Assembly (NCBI GenBank): GCA_031409275.1
Contig: JANNXA010000051.1
Location: forward strand, 128,001 to 192,000
Direction of reading: 5' to 3'
Length of the DNA stretch: 64,000 nt
Source: Planctomycetota bacterium
Lineage (GTDB): Bacteria; Planctomycetota; B15-G4; SIAN01
In this document: positions 32,892 to 43,978 of the stretch, one piece after another
How the letters are laid out: each line of letters starts with the position of its first letter
Position numbering within the stretch: the stretch's first letter is position 1
Program-made: the position numbers and the translations under genes
Notes under the pieces: model-generated
The model's input: the letters and a program-made list of their open reading frames with translations, nothing else
The model's database searches: none
What the model was told of the DNA's origin: nothing

Positions 32892-34511
32892 GTGAGCAAC
32901 TTCGTGTCGCGGGCGCGCGCTCTCTTCTGCGCCGCCCTGGCCCTGCTCGTCGTGAACGGCGCCGCGCATGCGCAAGGCGACGGGATCAAGAACCTCGCCG
33001 CCGACGCGGAGCTGGTCGAGACGCGCACGGAAGTGCCGCGCCTCCTGCCCGCGGCACCCTACGAGATGAAGGATGGCGTCGTCGCCATCGAGCTCTCGGA
33101 GTACGCCGGCTATGCCGGACTGATCGCGGCGAACGGCGGGCTCGCGCCCAACCCGGAGTCGTGGTTCGCGAAGAAGCACGGCTTCCAGCTCCAGATCACG
33201 CTCTCCGAAGAGGAGAGCTGGTCGTCGCTGAACAGCGGCCGCATCGCCGCCTCGGCCACCACCGCGGATGTCCTCGCCGTCTACGGGCGCCAGTTCCAGG
33301 TCGTGGTGCCGGCGCAGATCGGCTTCTCGCGCGGCGCGGACGGCATCGTCGTTCGCAGCGACATCAAGCGCATCAACCAACTCAAGGGCAAGACGCTCGC
33401 GACCGCGCAGTTCACCGAAGCGGACTTCTTCCTGCGCTACCTCGCGCAGGAAGCGGGCCTCGGCGTGGCGATGCTGCCGGACCTCGCCGCAAAGCCAGAC
33501 CCCGAGAAGATCAACCTCGTCTACTGCGCGGACGCGTTTGGCGCCGGCGACCTGTTCCAGCGCGACTTGAAGGCGGGCCGCAACCGCCTGGCCGGCTGCA
33601 TCACCTGGGCGCCGAAGACGACCGACGTCGTCGACGCCTGCGAAGGCAAGGCGACGCTGCTGATCACCAACCGCAACCTCCTCGTCGTCGCGGACGTGCT
33701 GCTAGTCAACAGAGGTTTCGCGCAGGCGCATCCCGAGGTGGTGACGGGGCTCGTCGACGGGCTGCTCGAAGGCAATCGCCGCGTTCGCGAGTCGCCCGAC
33801 GCCTACGCGGGACTGCTGGAGAAGGCGTTCGGCTGGGAGAAAGGGGAGGCGCGCGGCGAGCTCGCCAAGGTCCACCTCTCGAACCTGCCGGAGAGCTTCG
33901 CCTTCTTCTCGGGAGCGATCGACGCGGCCGGGAGCTTCGGCGGCATCTATCAGTCGGCCGTCTACGCCTACGGCGCGGAGCTCATCAAGAACCCGACGGA
34001 CGCCGATCGCTTCGTCGACTTGAAGGCGCTGAAGGCGGCGGAGGCGGGCGGCGCCTACGCCGGCCAGAAGATCGCCATCGCGCCGATCCAGACCGGAAGC
34101 GGCCCCTCGGTCGAAGGCGATCCGCTCCTCACCAAGGACATCCGCTTCCTCTTCGAGCCGAACTCCGCGACGCTCGACCAGAAGAACCAGAAGAACCTCG
34201 ACGACCTCGCCGCGATCGCGCGTCTGCTGCAGGTGAGCCCCGGCTCGACCGTGCTCCTGCGCGGCCATGTCGACAACGCGATGATCGGCGAGTTCCGCAA
34301 GCAGGGGGGCGAGACGTTCGTGCGCCAGATGGCGCTGAAGGCGATGGAGCTCAGCAAGAATCGCGCGAACGAGATCCGCCGGCTGCTGGCCGAGCGCCAT
34401 CAGATCGACGTTTCGCGCATCGAGACCGTCGGGCGCGGTTGGGACGAGCCGAGCAGCAAGGAGAGCGAGCAGAACCGCCGCGTCGAAGTGCAGTGGTTCA
34501 CCATCGAATGA
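32892..34511 (+). CDS. NMT1/THI5-like substrate-binding domain fused to a C-terminal OmpA-like peptidoglycan-binding domain
   Basis: Signal peptide; YAGYAG, SRGADGIV...I..INQLKGK, LVVADVLLV; then IRFLFEPNSA.L, LRGHVD, LSKNRA, NRRVEV. Confidence 0.8.
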   Translation: MSNFVSRARALFCAALALLVVNGAAHAQGDGIKNLAADAELVETRTEVPRLLPAAPYEMKDGVVAIELSEYAGYAGLIAANGGLAPNPESWFAKKHGFQLQITLSEEESWSSLNSGRIAASATTADVLAVYGRQFQVVVPAQIGFSRGADGIVVRSDIKRINQLKGKTLATAQFTEADFFLRYLAQEAGLGVAMLPDLAAKPDPEKINLVYCADAFGAGDLFQRDLKAGRNRLAGCITWAPKTTDVVDACEGKATLLITNRNLLVVADVLLVNRGFAQAHPEVVTGLVDGLLEGNRRVRESPDAYAGLLEKAFGWEKGEARGELAKVHLSNLPESFAFFSGAIDAAGSFGGIYQSAVYAYGAELIKNPTDADRFVDLKALKAAEAGGAYAGQKIAIAPIQTGSGPSVEGDPLLTKDIRFLFEPNSATLDQKNQKNLDDLAAIARLLQVSPGSTVLLRGHVDNAMIGEFRKQGGETFVRQMALKAMELSKNRANEIRRLLAERHQIDVSRIETVGRGWDEPSSKESEQNRRVEVQWFTIE

Positions 34512-34521
34512 GGAGGCGCGA

Positions 34522-35756
34522 ATGAGCGATCGTGCCACCCCGCCGACCGCGCGCCTCTACCGGGACGATTCGCATCTCCTGGCGTTCGAAGCGAAGGTAA
34601 TCGCGACGCGGATCGACGGCGATCGCGCGGCGGTTGAGCTCGACCGCACTGCCTTCTATCCCACCGGCGGTGGACAGCCCCACGACCTCGGCACGCTCGG
34701 CGCATGGAAGGTCGAGGAGGTCGCGACCACGGACGACGATCGCGTGGTGCACTTCCTCGCTCGCCGTGACGATGGGCCACGGCTGCCCGAGGTCGGCGCG
34801 ACGCTCGCCGGCGCCATCGACGCCGCGCGTCGGCGCGACCACCTGCAGCAGCACACGGGGCAGCACCTCCTGTCGCAAGCGCTGGTGCGCGTCGGCGCGA
34901 TCGACACCAGCAGTTTTCACCTCGGCCCGACCAGCGCGACGATCGACGTCGACGCGAAGCTCACCGAGGAGACGCTCGAACGCGCGGTCGCGCTCACCAA
35001 CGAGGTGATCTACGACGACCGGCCGCTGCGGATCCATGAGGTCGGCGTCGACGAGCTCGCCCGCTTCGCGATCCGCCGCCAGACGTTCCACGGCGCGCGC
35101 ATCCGGCTGATCGAGGTCGAGGACTTCGATGTCTCGACGTGCGGCGGCACCCACGCCAAGCGCACCGGCGAGGTCGGCATCGTCGCGGCGCTCGGCATCG
35201 AGAAGACCAAGGGGATCAAGCGGGTCGAGTTCGTCTGCGGCGGCCGCGCGCAACGCGCGTTCGCGGCCACTCGCGCGACGCTGCTCGACGCGGCGCGCGC
35301 GCTGTCGACGGCACCCGACCAGCTCGCCGATGCGGTGCGCCGCCTTGCCGCCGCGGAGGCCTCCGCGCGCAAGCGAGCGCGTCTCCTCTTCGAGGCGGCG
35401 CTGCCGGCCGCTGCCGAGGCACTGCGGGCGCTGGCGACCGCCGCAGGGCCGTGGCGTTTCGCCGCCGCCCGCCGCGACGATCTTTCGATCGACGAAGCGC
35501 AAACGCTGGTACGTGCCGCGATCGAGGCGAACGGCTACGTCATCGCGTTGACCGTCGGCGAGGGCAGCGGCGCCAAGCTGCTGCTGGCGCGCTCGCGTGA
35601 CGTGGAGTGCTCCATGGGAGAGATCGTGAAGTCGCTCGCCTCACGATTCGCGTTGCGCGGCGGCGGCTCCCCGCAACAGGCGCAAGCTGCGCTCCCGGCC
35701 GCCACCGACATCGATCCGGTCTTCGCGGCGCTGCGCGAACTCCTCGGAACCCGCTG

Positions 35757-35757
<1 letters not shown>
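34522..35757 (+). CDS. Alanyl-tRNA editing protein (AlaX-L type with DHHA1 domain)
   Basis: LDRTAFYPTGGGQPHD.G, QQHTGQHLLS (HxxxH), CGGTH, C-terminal GGG. Confidence 0.85.
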
Positions 35758-36508
<751 letters not shown>

Positions 36509-36512
<4 letters not shown>

Positions 36513-37858
36513 ACCTCCTCCGCCACGCACTCGCCATCGCCAGGAAGGACCTGCGGGTCTACTTCCGCGACCGCACCGGCATGGCGCTCGGATTCCTGCT
36601 GCCGCTGGTGCTCGTCGCCGTGTTCGGCTTCATGATGAAGCTGTTCGTCGGCCAGGGCGACGCCTTCTCGCGCGCCACGCTCTGGGTCACCGATCAGGAC
36701 CGCAGCGACGCCAGCCGCGACTTCCTCGCGGCACTGCGTCAGGCGGAAACGCTGAAGGTGCGCCCCGCTGCGGACGAGTCGCCGGTCGACGAGACGAAGC
36801 TGCGCCAGGACCTCACGGACGGCGAGCTGCACCACGCGCTGCTGATCCCCGCGGGCTTCGGCGCGAAGATCGCCGCGCACGAGCTGCCTGAACTGCGGCT
36901 GCTGCGCGATCCCGATCGCGCCATCGAAGAGCAGCTGATCAGCATCGGGGTGATGCAGGCGGCGATCGGCACGCTCGGCCCCGACTTCGCCGACGCCCTC
37001 ACCACTCGCATGCTCGAACGCGCCGGGATTCCGGCCGAGTGGCGCACGCGAACCCAGGCGCTCGCGAAAGGGTTCGCCGGTTCGGTGCGCCTGCTCTTCG
37101 AGGAGCGCGATGCGGCCGAACGCGGCGCGGAGCAACCGGCCGAGGAACCCGAAGCGAAGCTCGGAGTGAACGACTTCCTCGGCCAGGTCGTGCCGATCGT
37201 CCACGAGGACTTCCGCCCTCCGGAGCGGCCCAAGCAGATGACCTACATGCTGGCCCACAGCGTGTCGGGCATCGGCGTGATGATGCTGATGTTCGGCCTC
37301 GTTGCGTGCGCGTCGCAGCTGCTGCGCGAGCGCGAAAGCGGGACGCTGCCGAGGCTGCTGGCGGCCCCGATGCCGCGCGGCGCGATCCTGTGGGGCAAGT
37401 ATCTCTTTGCGCTGGCCATCGGCGCGTTGCAGCTCGTGCTGCTATTCGGCTTCGGCGCGATCGTCTTCCAGCTCGACGTGCTGCGCGCGCCGGTCGCCTT
37501 CCTCGTCGTCTGCCTCGCGGTGCTCCTCGCCGTCACTTCCTTCGGGATGCTGATCGCCGCGTGGGCCGCTACCACCAAGCAGGCCGAGGGGCTGTCGACG
37601 TTGGTGATCCTGGTGATGTCCGCCGTCGGCGGCGCCTGGTTCCCGCTGCAGGCGTTCGACCCGCCGATGCCGGTGCAGATCGCCATGCGCTGCACGTTGA
37701 CCCACTGGGCGATCAGTTCCTACCAGGCGCTCTTCTGGTACGGACAGGACCTGAGCAACGGCTCGTTGCAGCTTTCGCTGTCGGTTCTGCTCGGGTTCAC
37801 GGTCGTGGCGACGATCACCGCCCGCTGGCTGTTCGAGCGGCGCTACGTCGGGCGCTAG
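36509..37858 (+). CDS. ABC-2 type exporter permease
   Basis: KDLRVYFRDR N-terminus, large periplasmic loop, ERESGTL.RLL motif, 6 TM segments. Confidence 0.88.
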
Positions 37859-37868
37859 CGGACGCCCG

Positions 37869-38564
37869 TCACCGCACGTCGAGTTCCGAGATCAACGCGG
37901 CGAGCTCCGCCAGCACCATCGCCGTCGCCCCCCACACCTCGTCACCGGTGTGCGTGAAGTAGGGAATGACGGCCGGTTCCTGCTCGGCTCCGAGACGCGC
38001 GACCGACCGCTCGCGTCGGCCAGCCGGATCAAGCAGCGCGCGCAGCGGCCACTCGATCAGCAGCTCGACCTCCTGCGGCGCCAGTCGCCAGTTCGGCCGC
38101 ACCGCCGACGTGGCGACGAACGGCTCGATGCGAAAGCCGCTGACCGGGATGAAGACCGGCGTCAAGCGGCCATGCACCCGCGCGGCACCCGGATCGAGGC
38201 CGACCTCCTCATGCGCTTCGCGCAGCGCCGCCGCGAGCGCGCTTTCGCCTGGTTCCACGACTCCGCCCGGCAAGCAGACCTGCCCCTTGTGCGCCGCGAC
38301 GGAATCGGTGCGCCGCGTGAGCGCCAGCAGCGGCTCGCCACGCGCGATGCCGGCGGACGGATCCCCATCCGCCGGAAAGAGCAGCGCGAGCACGGCGGCC
38401 GGGATCGGGTGGTCAGGATCGCACCCGGGCGCCGGGCGCCGTCGCGGACGCGGTGCCATCACCAACTGTGCCGCCGCGCCAGGCAGCGGCGCCGACAGAC
38501 GACGCTCCAGAGCTGCGACGAAGCGCTCGAATGACGGGAAGGAGGTGGCGCTCTCGAGGCTCAC
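37869..38564 (-). CDS. Nudix hydrolase, CoA pyrophosphatase (NudL-like)
   Basis: LPG..AQ..MAP, AAVLAL, HKGQVCLPGG, AALREAHEEVG, VWGATAM; start uncertain. Confidence 0.88.
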   Translation of the reverse strand: MSLESATSFPSFERFVAALERRLSAPLPGAAAQLVMAPRPRRRPAPGCDPDHPIPAAVLALLFPADGDPSAGIARGEPLLALTRRTDSVAAHKGQVCLPGGVVEPGESALAAALREAHEEVGLDPGAARVHGRLTPVFIPVSGFRIEPFVATSAVRPNWRLAPQEVELLIEWPLRALLDPAGRRERSVARLGAEQEPAVIPYFTHTGDEVWGATAMVLAELAALISELDVR

Positions 38565-38617
38565 CGGCGTGATCGTACGGCGTCGGCGCAGCAACCGCTT
38601 GTGCGACAATCGCGAGC

Positions 38618-41600
38618 ATGCGATCGCGCACCACGCTTCGACTCGGGCACCTGCTCTTCGCCACCCTCATGCCTGCTGGCGAATCGGACACCCCGCCGCG
38701 CCCTCTCTTCGCGGCGACCTACTACACCTGGTCGCGTTGGCCCGATCGCCATCTCGGCAAGGCCGACACTGCGCTGCCACTCCACGTGACGGCGCCCGCG
38801 GCGGCCGATCCGACGCAAGCCGCCTGGCATGAGCGCGAACTCGACGACGCGGCGGCCGCCGGCATCGACGCCCTGCTGATCGCCAACGTGCCGGCACCGA
38901 CCCCATTCGATTCCGTGCTCGCGGCCCTCTCCCGGGCACTCGAGCGGCGCTCGGCAGCTGGCGCGACTCCGGTGCGTGTCGGACTGCTGATCGATCCGTT
39001 CTTCGTCGCGGTCGAGCAGGCCGGCGGCGAAACGGCCGTCAAACTGGATCCGCTCGACCTGCGCGACGCAGCGACCCGCGCGGCCTTCCTGGCGCCGCTC
39101 GATGCGTTCTGCGCTGCCATCGCGCCGCCGTTTCGAGCCACGCTCGAAGAGCGGTTGCTGGTGGTGGTCGGCAACGACGCGCTGGTGGGAACGGTCCCGC
39201 CCGACTTCTTCGACGCGATCGAGCAGGTGGGGCCGGAGCGCTTCGGCACGACTCCCCTCTTCGTGATCGAGCAGTCGTGGGGGCTCGCCGAGCGACCCCA
39301 GTGGCGCCGGCGTGCGACGCTCGCCGGGCTCCAGCAGACCGGCGCGGTGGCGACGCTTGGACCGGGATTCCTCGATGCCGAAGCGGCACGAGGGCTGATC
39401 CGGCCGCTCGCGAGTCGCGCCCAGTTCCTCGCCGATGCGGCGCCGCTGCTGCGCGTGCCGCGATCGCCACTCGACCTGCTGCTCCTCGACTCGTGGAACC
39501 AGCTCGACGACGGCAGCGCGCTTGCGCCGACGCTCGAATCGGGCACGCGCTACGTCGGCGCGCTGCGGGAGCTGCGCGAGGCGTGGTCAGCGCCGTCCGC
39601 GCCGCCCTTCGCGGTTGCGACCCCCAACGCGCCGCTGCTTGCTCACAGCTTTGCCGCTGATCGCGACCTCGTGTTGCGCGATGCCGTCGACTGGAGCGCC
39701 GACGGCGCCGGGCGCGGAATCGTGCTTCGCGCCATCGAGCCCGATGCGGCCGCGGCGGCAGCTCGATTCGAGGAGCCGTTTGGCGGTCGCGCTCGACTCG
39801 CCTTGCCGGCGGGTGGCCATCTTCGATTCGAGCTCGCCGCGCCCTTCCGATCGAGCGCCCCGAACGACTACGAGCTGACGCTCGAATTCGAGACGCTCAG
39901 CGCGGCCGACCCGGCGGCTCCCTTCGAAGTCGCGGTCGGCGGTCGCGAGGCGACGCCGGTCGAACGCGGCGGCCCTCGCTCGATCGCCGGCTGGGTGACG
40001 CGCGACGCTCCGACCTTCGAGCTGATCGCCACGGCGCCGTGCGCGCTCCGAAGTCTCCGATGGAGGCGCCGCGAGGCGACGGTCCCGACCACCGCCGTCG
40101 GCATTGACCTCCCGACTCTGTTGACCCGCCTGCCTCGCGACGCATCGGAACGCGCCAACGTGACCGGCCGCCTCGCTGTCGCTCGCGATCTTGGAGCGCG
40201 CTGGTTGCGCGTCGAAGTGCCGTGGGCCTCGCTCGAACCCACTGCCGGCGCGCGGGACTTCAGCGCACTCGTCGAGCTGCTGACGATGATCCGCTCCGTC
40301 GGGCTCGAACCGATCGTGGCACTGACGCGTCCACCGAACGACGCATCGCCACTCCCCGCCCACTCCAGTCGTGCCGCTGACTTCGTCGCGGCGCTGCTGA
40401 CCGCGTGCGGCGACCGCCTTCAGCTCCTCGAGCTTTTCCCACGTGGCAACGTCCCTGGCGCCATCGATCGCGCGCCCGATCTCGCCGGTCAGATGCGTGT
40501 GATGCGCGAGATCGCGGCGCGCATGCACAGCGACTTCCCCCACATCGCCATCGCGCTCGGAGCCATCGCCGGCAACGCCCCGGATTGGTGGAGCTCCATC
40601 CACGGCCTGCGCGAGCCCTACAGCTACGACCTCGCCGCGCTGGAGGTCGACGCCAGTCTCGGGCGGCGCGGGAGCGCCACCTTCGAACGCTCGCTCCAGA
40701 AGCTGGTCGCAGCGGCGCGCCAGGACGAGCCGGACCGCCGTTGGATCGTCTCCGTCGACCGCGAGCCGCCACCCATCGAGGCTGCTGACGACGTCGCGAG
40801 CGCCTACGCGTCGCGCGCGATCGCCGCGGGCCTCGAGGCGAGCGGCCACTCCAGCGACTTGCTCCATCTGCTCGATTCCGGGGAGCTGCCGCGCGTCGAC
40901 GGCGTCGCCATGAAACGCGCGAAGCGCTGGCTCGAAGCGACCGGCCGACCCGTCGTCGTGCAGTCGCTGCGGGAGCTCCTGACCGAGTTGCGCAACGACA
41001 CGGCGCGTTGCTGCGTCCTTGCGAGCGGAGAGTGGCTGCCGTGCGAACTGATGGAGGCGCTGCCGGAGTGGCTCGATCGCGGCGGCCTGCTGATCACGCT
41101 TGGAGGCGTGCCCGGCGGGCGTTCGGCGCGCCGTCGCGAAGACGGCAGCTTCGACGAGGAGGGCAGCGCGCTGGCGCCCGGATGGCGCGAAGCTCTGGGC
41201 ATCGCGCGCCTGCGAGCGCGACCCGCGATGGCGGCGAAACTCACCGCGACCACTCTCGCTGCCGGCGTCACGTTTCCAGGTCTGCTCGACGGTCTCGACG
41301 CGAAAACGCCGCCGCCCTTCGCGGCGTGGTTCGAACGCCGAACGGGACAACCGCGCGATCCGCGCAGCCACCATCGCTACGACGAGCTGATCCGACGCAT
41401 CGATGGCGAAGGCAACGCGCTCGGTGATGGGGCTGCGCTGCTTCGGTATGCGGGCGGACGAGCCGGATCCCTCTTGATGGTCGGTCTTGCCGACGGAGGC
41501 GGCGAACTCGACGACGCCGCGGCCGCACTCGCGCTGCGACACGACCTCGCGGCGGCGCGGCGGAGCGCCGGCGAGACGGGAACCGCGATCGTCTTGTGGC

Positions 41601-41686
41601 GACTCGGCGTGCTCGAGGAACTCGACGCGGCCACGATGGCGGCGGCCGCGTTTCGAGACTTCGCCGCCGAGATCGCCGAGAAATAG
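38618..41686 (+). CDS. Large secreted multidomain glycoside-hydrolase-like protein (DUF5010/GH99-like barrel + clan GH-A-like barrel + GATase-like domain)
   Basis: TYYTW, ELDDAAAAGIDALL, LGPGF.D, DSWNQ..DGS; second domain ARDLGARWLRVEVPWASLEP..G.RDF; C-terminal WLDRGGLLI.LGG. Confidence 0.55.
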   Translation: MRSRTTLRLGHLLFATLMPAGESDTPPRPLFAATYYTWSRWPDRHLGKADTALPLHVTAPAAADPTQAAWHERELDDAAAAGIDALLIANVPAPTPFDSVLAALSRALERRSAAGATPVRVGLLIDPFFVAVEQAGGETAVKLDPLDLRDAATRAAFLAPLDAFCAAIAPPFRATLEERLLVVVGNDALVGTVPPDFFDAIEQVGPERFGTTPLFVIEQSWGLAERPQWRRRATLAGLQQTGAVATLGPGFLDAEAARGLIRPLASRAQFLADAAPLLRVPRSPLDLLLLDSWNQLDDGSALAPTLESGTRYVGALRELREAWSAPSAPPFAVATPNAPLLAHSFAADRDLVLRDAVDWSADGAGRGIVLRAIEPDAAAAAARFEEPFGGRARLALPAGGHLRFELAAPFRSSAPNDYELTLEFETLSAADPAAPFEVAVGGREATPVERGGPRSIAGWVTRDAPTFELIATAPCALRSLRWRRREATVPTTAVGIDLPTLLTRLPRDASERANVTGRLAVARDLGARWLRVEVPWASLEPTAGARDFSALVELLTMIRSVGLEPIVALTRPPNDASPLPAHSSRAADFVAALLTACGDRLQLLELFPRGNVPGAIDRAPDLAGQMRVMREIAARMHSDFPHIAIALGAIAGNAPDWWSSIHGLREPYSYDLAALEVDASLGRRGSATFERSLQKLVAAARQDEPDRRWIVSVDREPPPIEAADDVASAYASRAIAAGLEASGHSSDLLHLLDSGELPRVDGVAMKRAKRWLEATGRPVVVQSLRELLTELRNDTARCCVLASGEWLPCELMEALPEWLDRGGLLITLGGVPGGRSARRREDGSFDEEGSALAPGWREALGIARLRARPAMAAKLTATTLAAGVTFPGLLDGLDAKTPPPFAAWFERRTGQPRDPRSHHRYDELIRRIDGEGNALGDGAALLRYAGGRAGSLLMVGLADGGGELDDAAAALALRHDLAAARRSAGETGTAIVLWRLGVLEELDAATMAAAAFRDFAAEIAEK

Positions 41687-41717
41687 CGAAGGGAGCCGAA
41701 AGGCTCCCTTGTGCTAT
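41683..41717. terminator. Hairpin at the 3' end of the glycoside-hydrolase-like gene
   Basis: AAGGGAGCC-GAAA-GGCTCCCTT, extendable by ATAGC/GCTAT. Confidence 0.6.
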
Positions 41718-42037
41718 GCCTTAATGCCCCACTCTGATTTACCTAGCGACTAAGGCAAGTCGCTCCGTTTGGTTTCGTTGGCGTTTCCTACGCTGCCCAC
41801 CGGCGGTTCGTTCACCGGTGGCGATCCTCCGATTTCAGCGATCGTCGCGACCTCCTACGCGCTCGATGCTCCGCTGTTGGAGCGCGCCCTTTTCTTTTCG
41901 AGGCGAGTGCTTCGTTGCGAGCCGTTCGAACCAGTCGAGGTTGGAAACGGTGCCGTGCAGCGGCGTCCCTGACTACGTCGCGACGCCGCCGCGGTTCCGT
42001 CAGTGCCGCTGCCGCGCTGTCGTATCGCCCGCGTCTC

Positions 42038-42790
42038 GTGGCGTTGCTGTTGGTCCTGGCCATGGCGGCGAACTGCCGCAGCGGACCGACGCCGCCACTT
42101 GGCTGGAGCGGATCCTTCGACGTCGCCGCGGTACGCGAGTTCGTGCGCCGCGCACCTGGAGTTGAAGCCGCGCTGACGCCACCGACCACGCTCGTCACTC
42201 GAACGCGCGCGCTCCTCTACCCGGCGGCACCGCAGCCACCGGTCGAGGCGCGCTTCACGCTCTGGCTGCGCGGCGAGCTGCAGGAGCGGCGCGAGGTCGT
42301 GACGGCAGCTCCGCTCGACCGCACCGTGCTGCAGGTGATCGACGGCGAGCGCTTCCTCGAGCTCGAGCAAGGAGTGCCGACACGGCGCGACCTGCGCGAC
42401 GAGATTCGCGCCCATCGCCGCTATCGACGGTTGCTGATCGACCTCCTCGACGCCGCGGGCGCGCCCGTCACGCTCGTCTCCCCCACCGGCAGCGACCCTC
42501 GTCGCACCATCGTGCTGGAGCAGAACGACCTCGATGGCGCCTGCTGGCAGCTCTGGATCGACGCCAGCAGCGGCCTGATGCAACGCATCCGCCGGCTCAC
42601 GCGCGACCGCGACGGGGATCACGTCGATGAGGATGTTTTCGACAACCACGCCCGCTTCGGCGCCCGGGTGCTCCCGCGCCACCAGGTGACGTGGCGCGAC
42701 GGTCGCCGGGTGATGGAGTCGTGGTTGCTCGAGCGGCTGGAAGACGAGCCGCTCGCCGACGACTGGTTCGCGCTGCCCGAGGGCAGCTGA
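42038..42790 (+). CDS. Hypothetical exported/lipoprotein with a LolA-like beta-rich fold
   Basis: Hydrophobic N-terminus ending AANC; LWIDASSGL..RI and VLP motifs; start uncertain. Confidence 0.45.
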   Translation: MALLLVLAMAANCRSGPTPPLGWSGSFDVAAVREFVRRAPGVEAALTPPTTLVTRTRALLYPAAPQPPVEARFTLWLRGELQERREVVTAAPLDRTVLQVIDGERFLELEQGVPTRRDLRDEIRAHRRYRRLLIDLLDAAGAPVTLVSPTGSDPRRTIVLEQNDLDGACWQLWIDASSGLMQRIRRLTRDRDGDHVDEDVFDNHARFGARVLPRHQVTWRDGRRVMESWLLERLEDEPLADDWFALPEGS

Positions 42791-42912
42791 GCCGCCTCCG
42801 CCCCGGAACCGCTTTCCGAATCGAGCGAACGGGCGCCGACTTCAGTGGCCGCCACGGTGGCCGATAGGCAGACCCGAGGCACCGCATCCTGAAGGAGGAG
42901 ACGGAGCCGCGT

Positions 42913-43314
42913 TTGAACACCTTGGCTGGCACCCTCGCATCGATTCGTCCGCGCTCGCCGCGCGCCGCTCGCGGCACCTCGCTGCTGGAGGTGCTCGTCG
43001 CGGTGACGATCCTGCTGTTGACGTCGCTCGGGCTCGCTCACGCCTACACCTCGGCGGGGCTGGCCGCGAAGGTCTCGGAGCGCGACACCGCGGCGCAACA
43101 GGCGATCGAACAGGTCACCGACGACCTCGGTGAAATCCCCTTCTCGCAACTGCTGGCGTGGAACGGTGCGCAACGCGACTTCGGGAACCACTCGACGACG
43201 CTGAGGCTGCGCGCCGTCACGCCGCGGCTGGTGCTGGTCGAGTGCGTGGCGACCGATGACACCACCGGCGCACCGCTCGCGAGCTTCGCGACCTATCGCG
43301 CCTCGGAGGGTTGA
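42913..43314 (+). CDS. Type IV minor pilin / pseudopilin (PilV-like)
   Basis: Class III signal RG|TSLLEVLVAVTILL (Glu at +5). Confidence 0.75.
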   Translation: MNTLAGTLASIRPRSPRAARGTSLLEVLVAVTILLLTSLGLAHAYTSAGLAAKVSERDTAAQQAIEQVTDDLGEIPFSQLLAWNGAQRDFGNHSTTLRLRAVTPRLVLVECVATDDTTGAPLASFATYRASEG

Positions 43315-43315
43315 G

Positions 43316-43978
43316 ATGAGCGATCGTCCTCACCGTCGGCGCCTGCGCGGTCACACGCTCGTCGAGACGACCGTCTCCGCAGGCGTGCTGATGACGCTGG
43401 CGGGCGGCCTCTTCTCGATGCTGCGAGATTCGGGCGCGATGTTCGGTGAAAGCGTGCGCATCGAGCAGCAGCGCCGCGAGGTCGATGACACGCTGGCCAG
43501 GCTGGCGCGCGAGCTCGAGCAGGCGAACGGCGACACGTTGATCGTCGATCGCAGCGCGCCCGACGGTGACACGCTCCGTCTCCAGCTGCCACTCGACTTG
43601 ACCGCGAACCCGCCGACGTTCGGCGCCACCACCGACGTCGGTGGCCGCGCGCTCCAGCATCCCGGCGCGCAGGTGATCTGGACGACGCGCGCCGCCAGCG
43701 GAGGCGCGACCCGGACGTTGGTGCGCCGGGTGATCGCCTCCGACGGGCAAACGCTCCTCGCCGAGGAAGAGGTCTGCAGCGACCTCGACCTGGTCCGCAC
43801 CGACGGCACCAAGAGCTTCATCGTCGACGTCCCCGGCAACGGCAGCCTGGCGACGCTCACGCTGCGACGCATCGCATTCGTCGCAATCGACCCATCGGGC
43901 AGCGGCGGGACCTCCTCGAACGGCGACTCGACCCGCTGCCACACGCAGACGACGAGCGTCCGGATCCTCAGCCGATGA
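43316..43978 (+). CDS. Type IV minor pilin / pseudopilin (PilW-like)
   Basis: RG|HTLVETTVSAGVL; LARLARELEQA; LVRR. Confidence 0.7.
   Translation: MSDRPHRRRLRGHTLVETTVSAGVLMTLAGGLFSMLRDSGAMFGESVRIEQQRREVDDTLARLARELEQANGDTLIVDRSAPDGDTLRLQLPLDLTANPPTFGATTDVGGRALQHPGAQVIWTTRAASGGATRTLVRRVIASDGQTLLAEEEVCSDLDLVRTDGTKSFIVDVPGNGSLATLTLRRIAFVAIDPSGSGGTSSNGDSTRCHTQTTSVRILSR

Noticed and set aside
41683..41900. c-di-GMP or c-di-AMP riboswitch upstream of the pilin genes
   Set aside because: A GAAA tetraloop is present but I could not find the other consensus elements on either strand; kept only as an unassigned structured region
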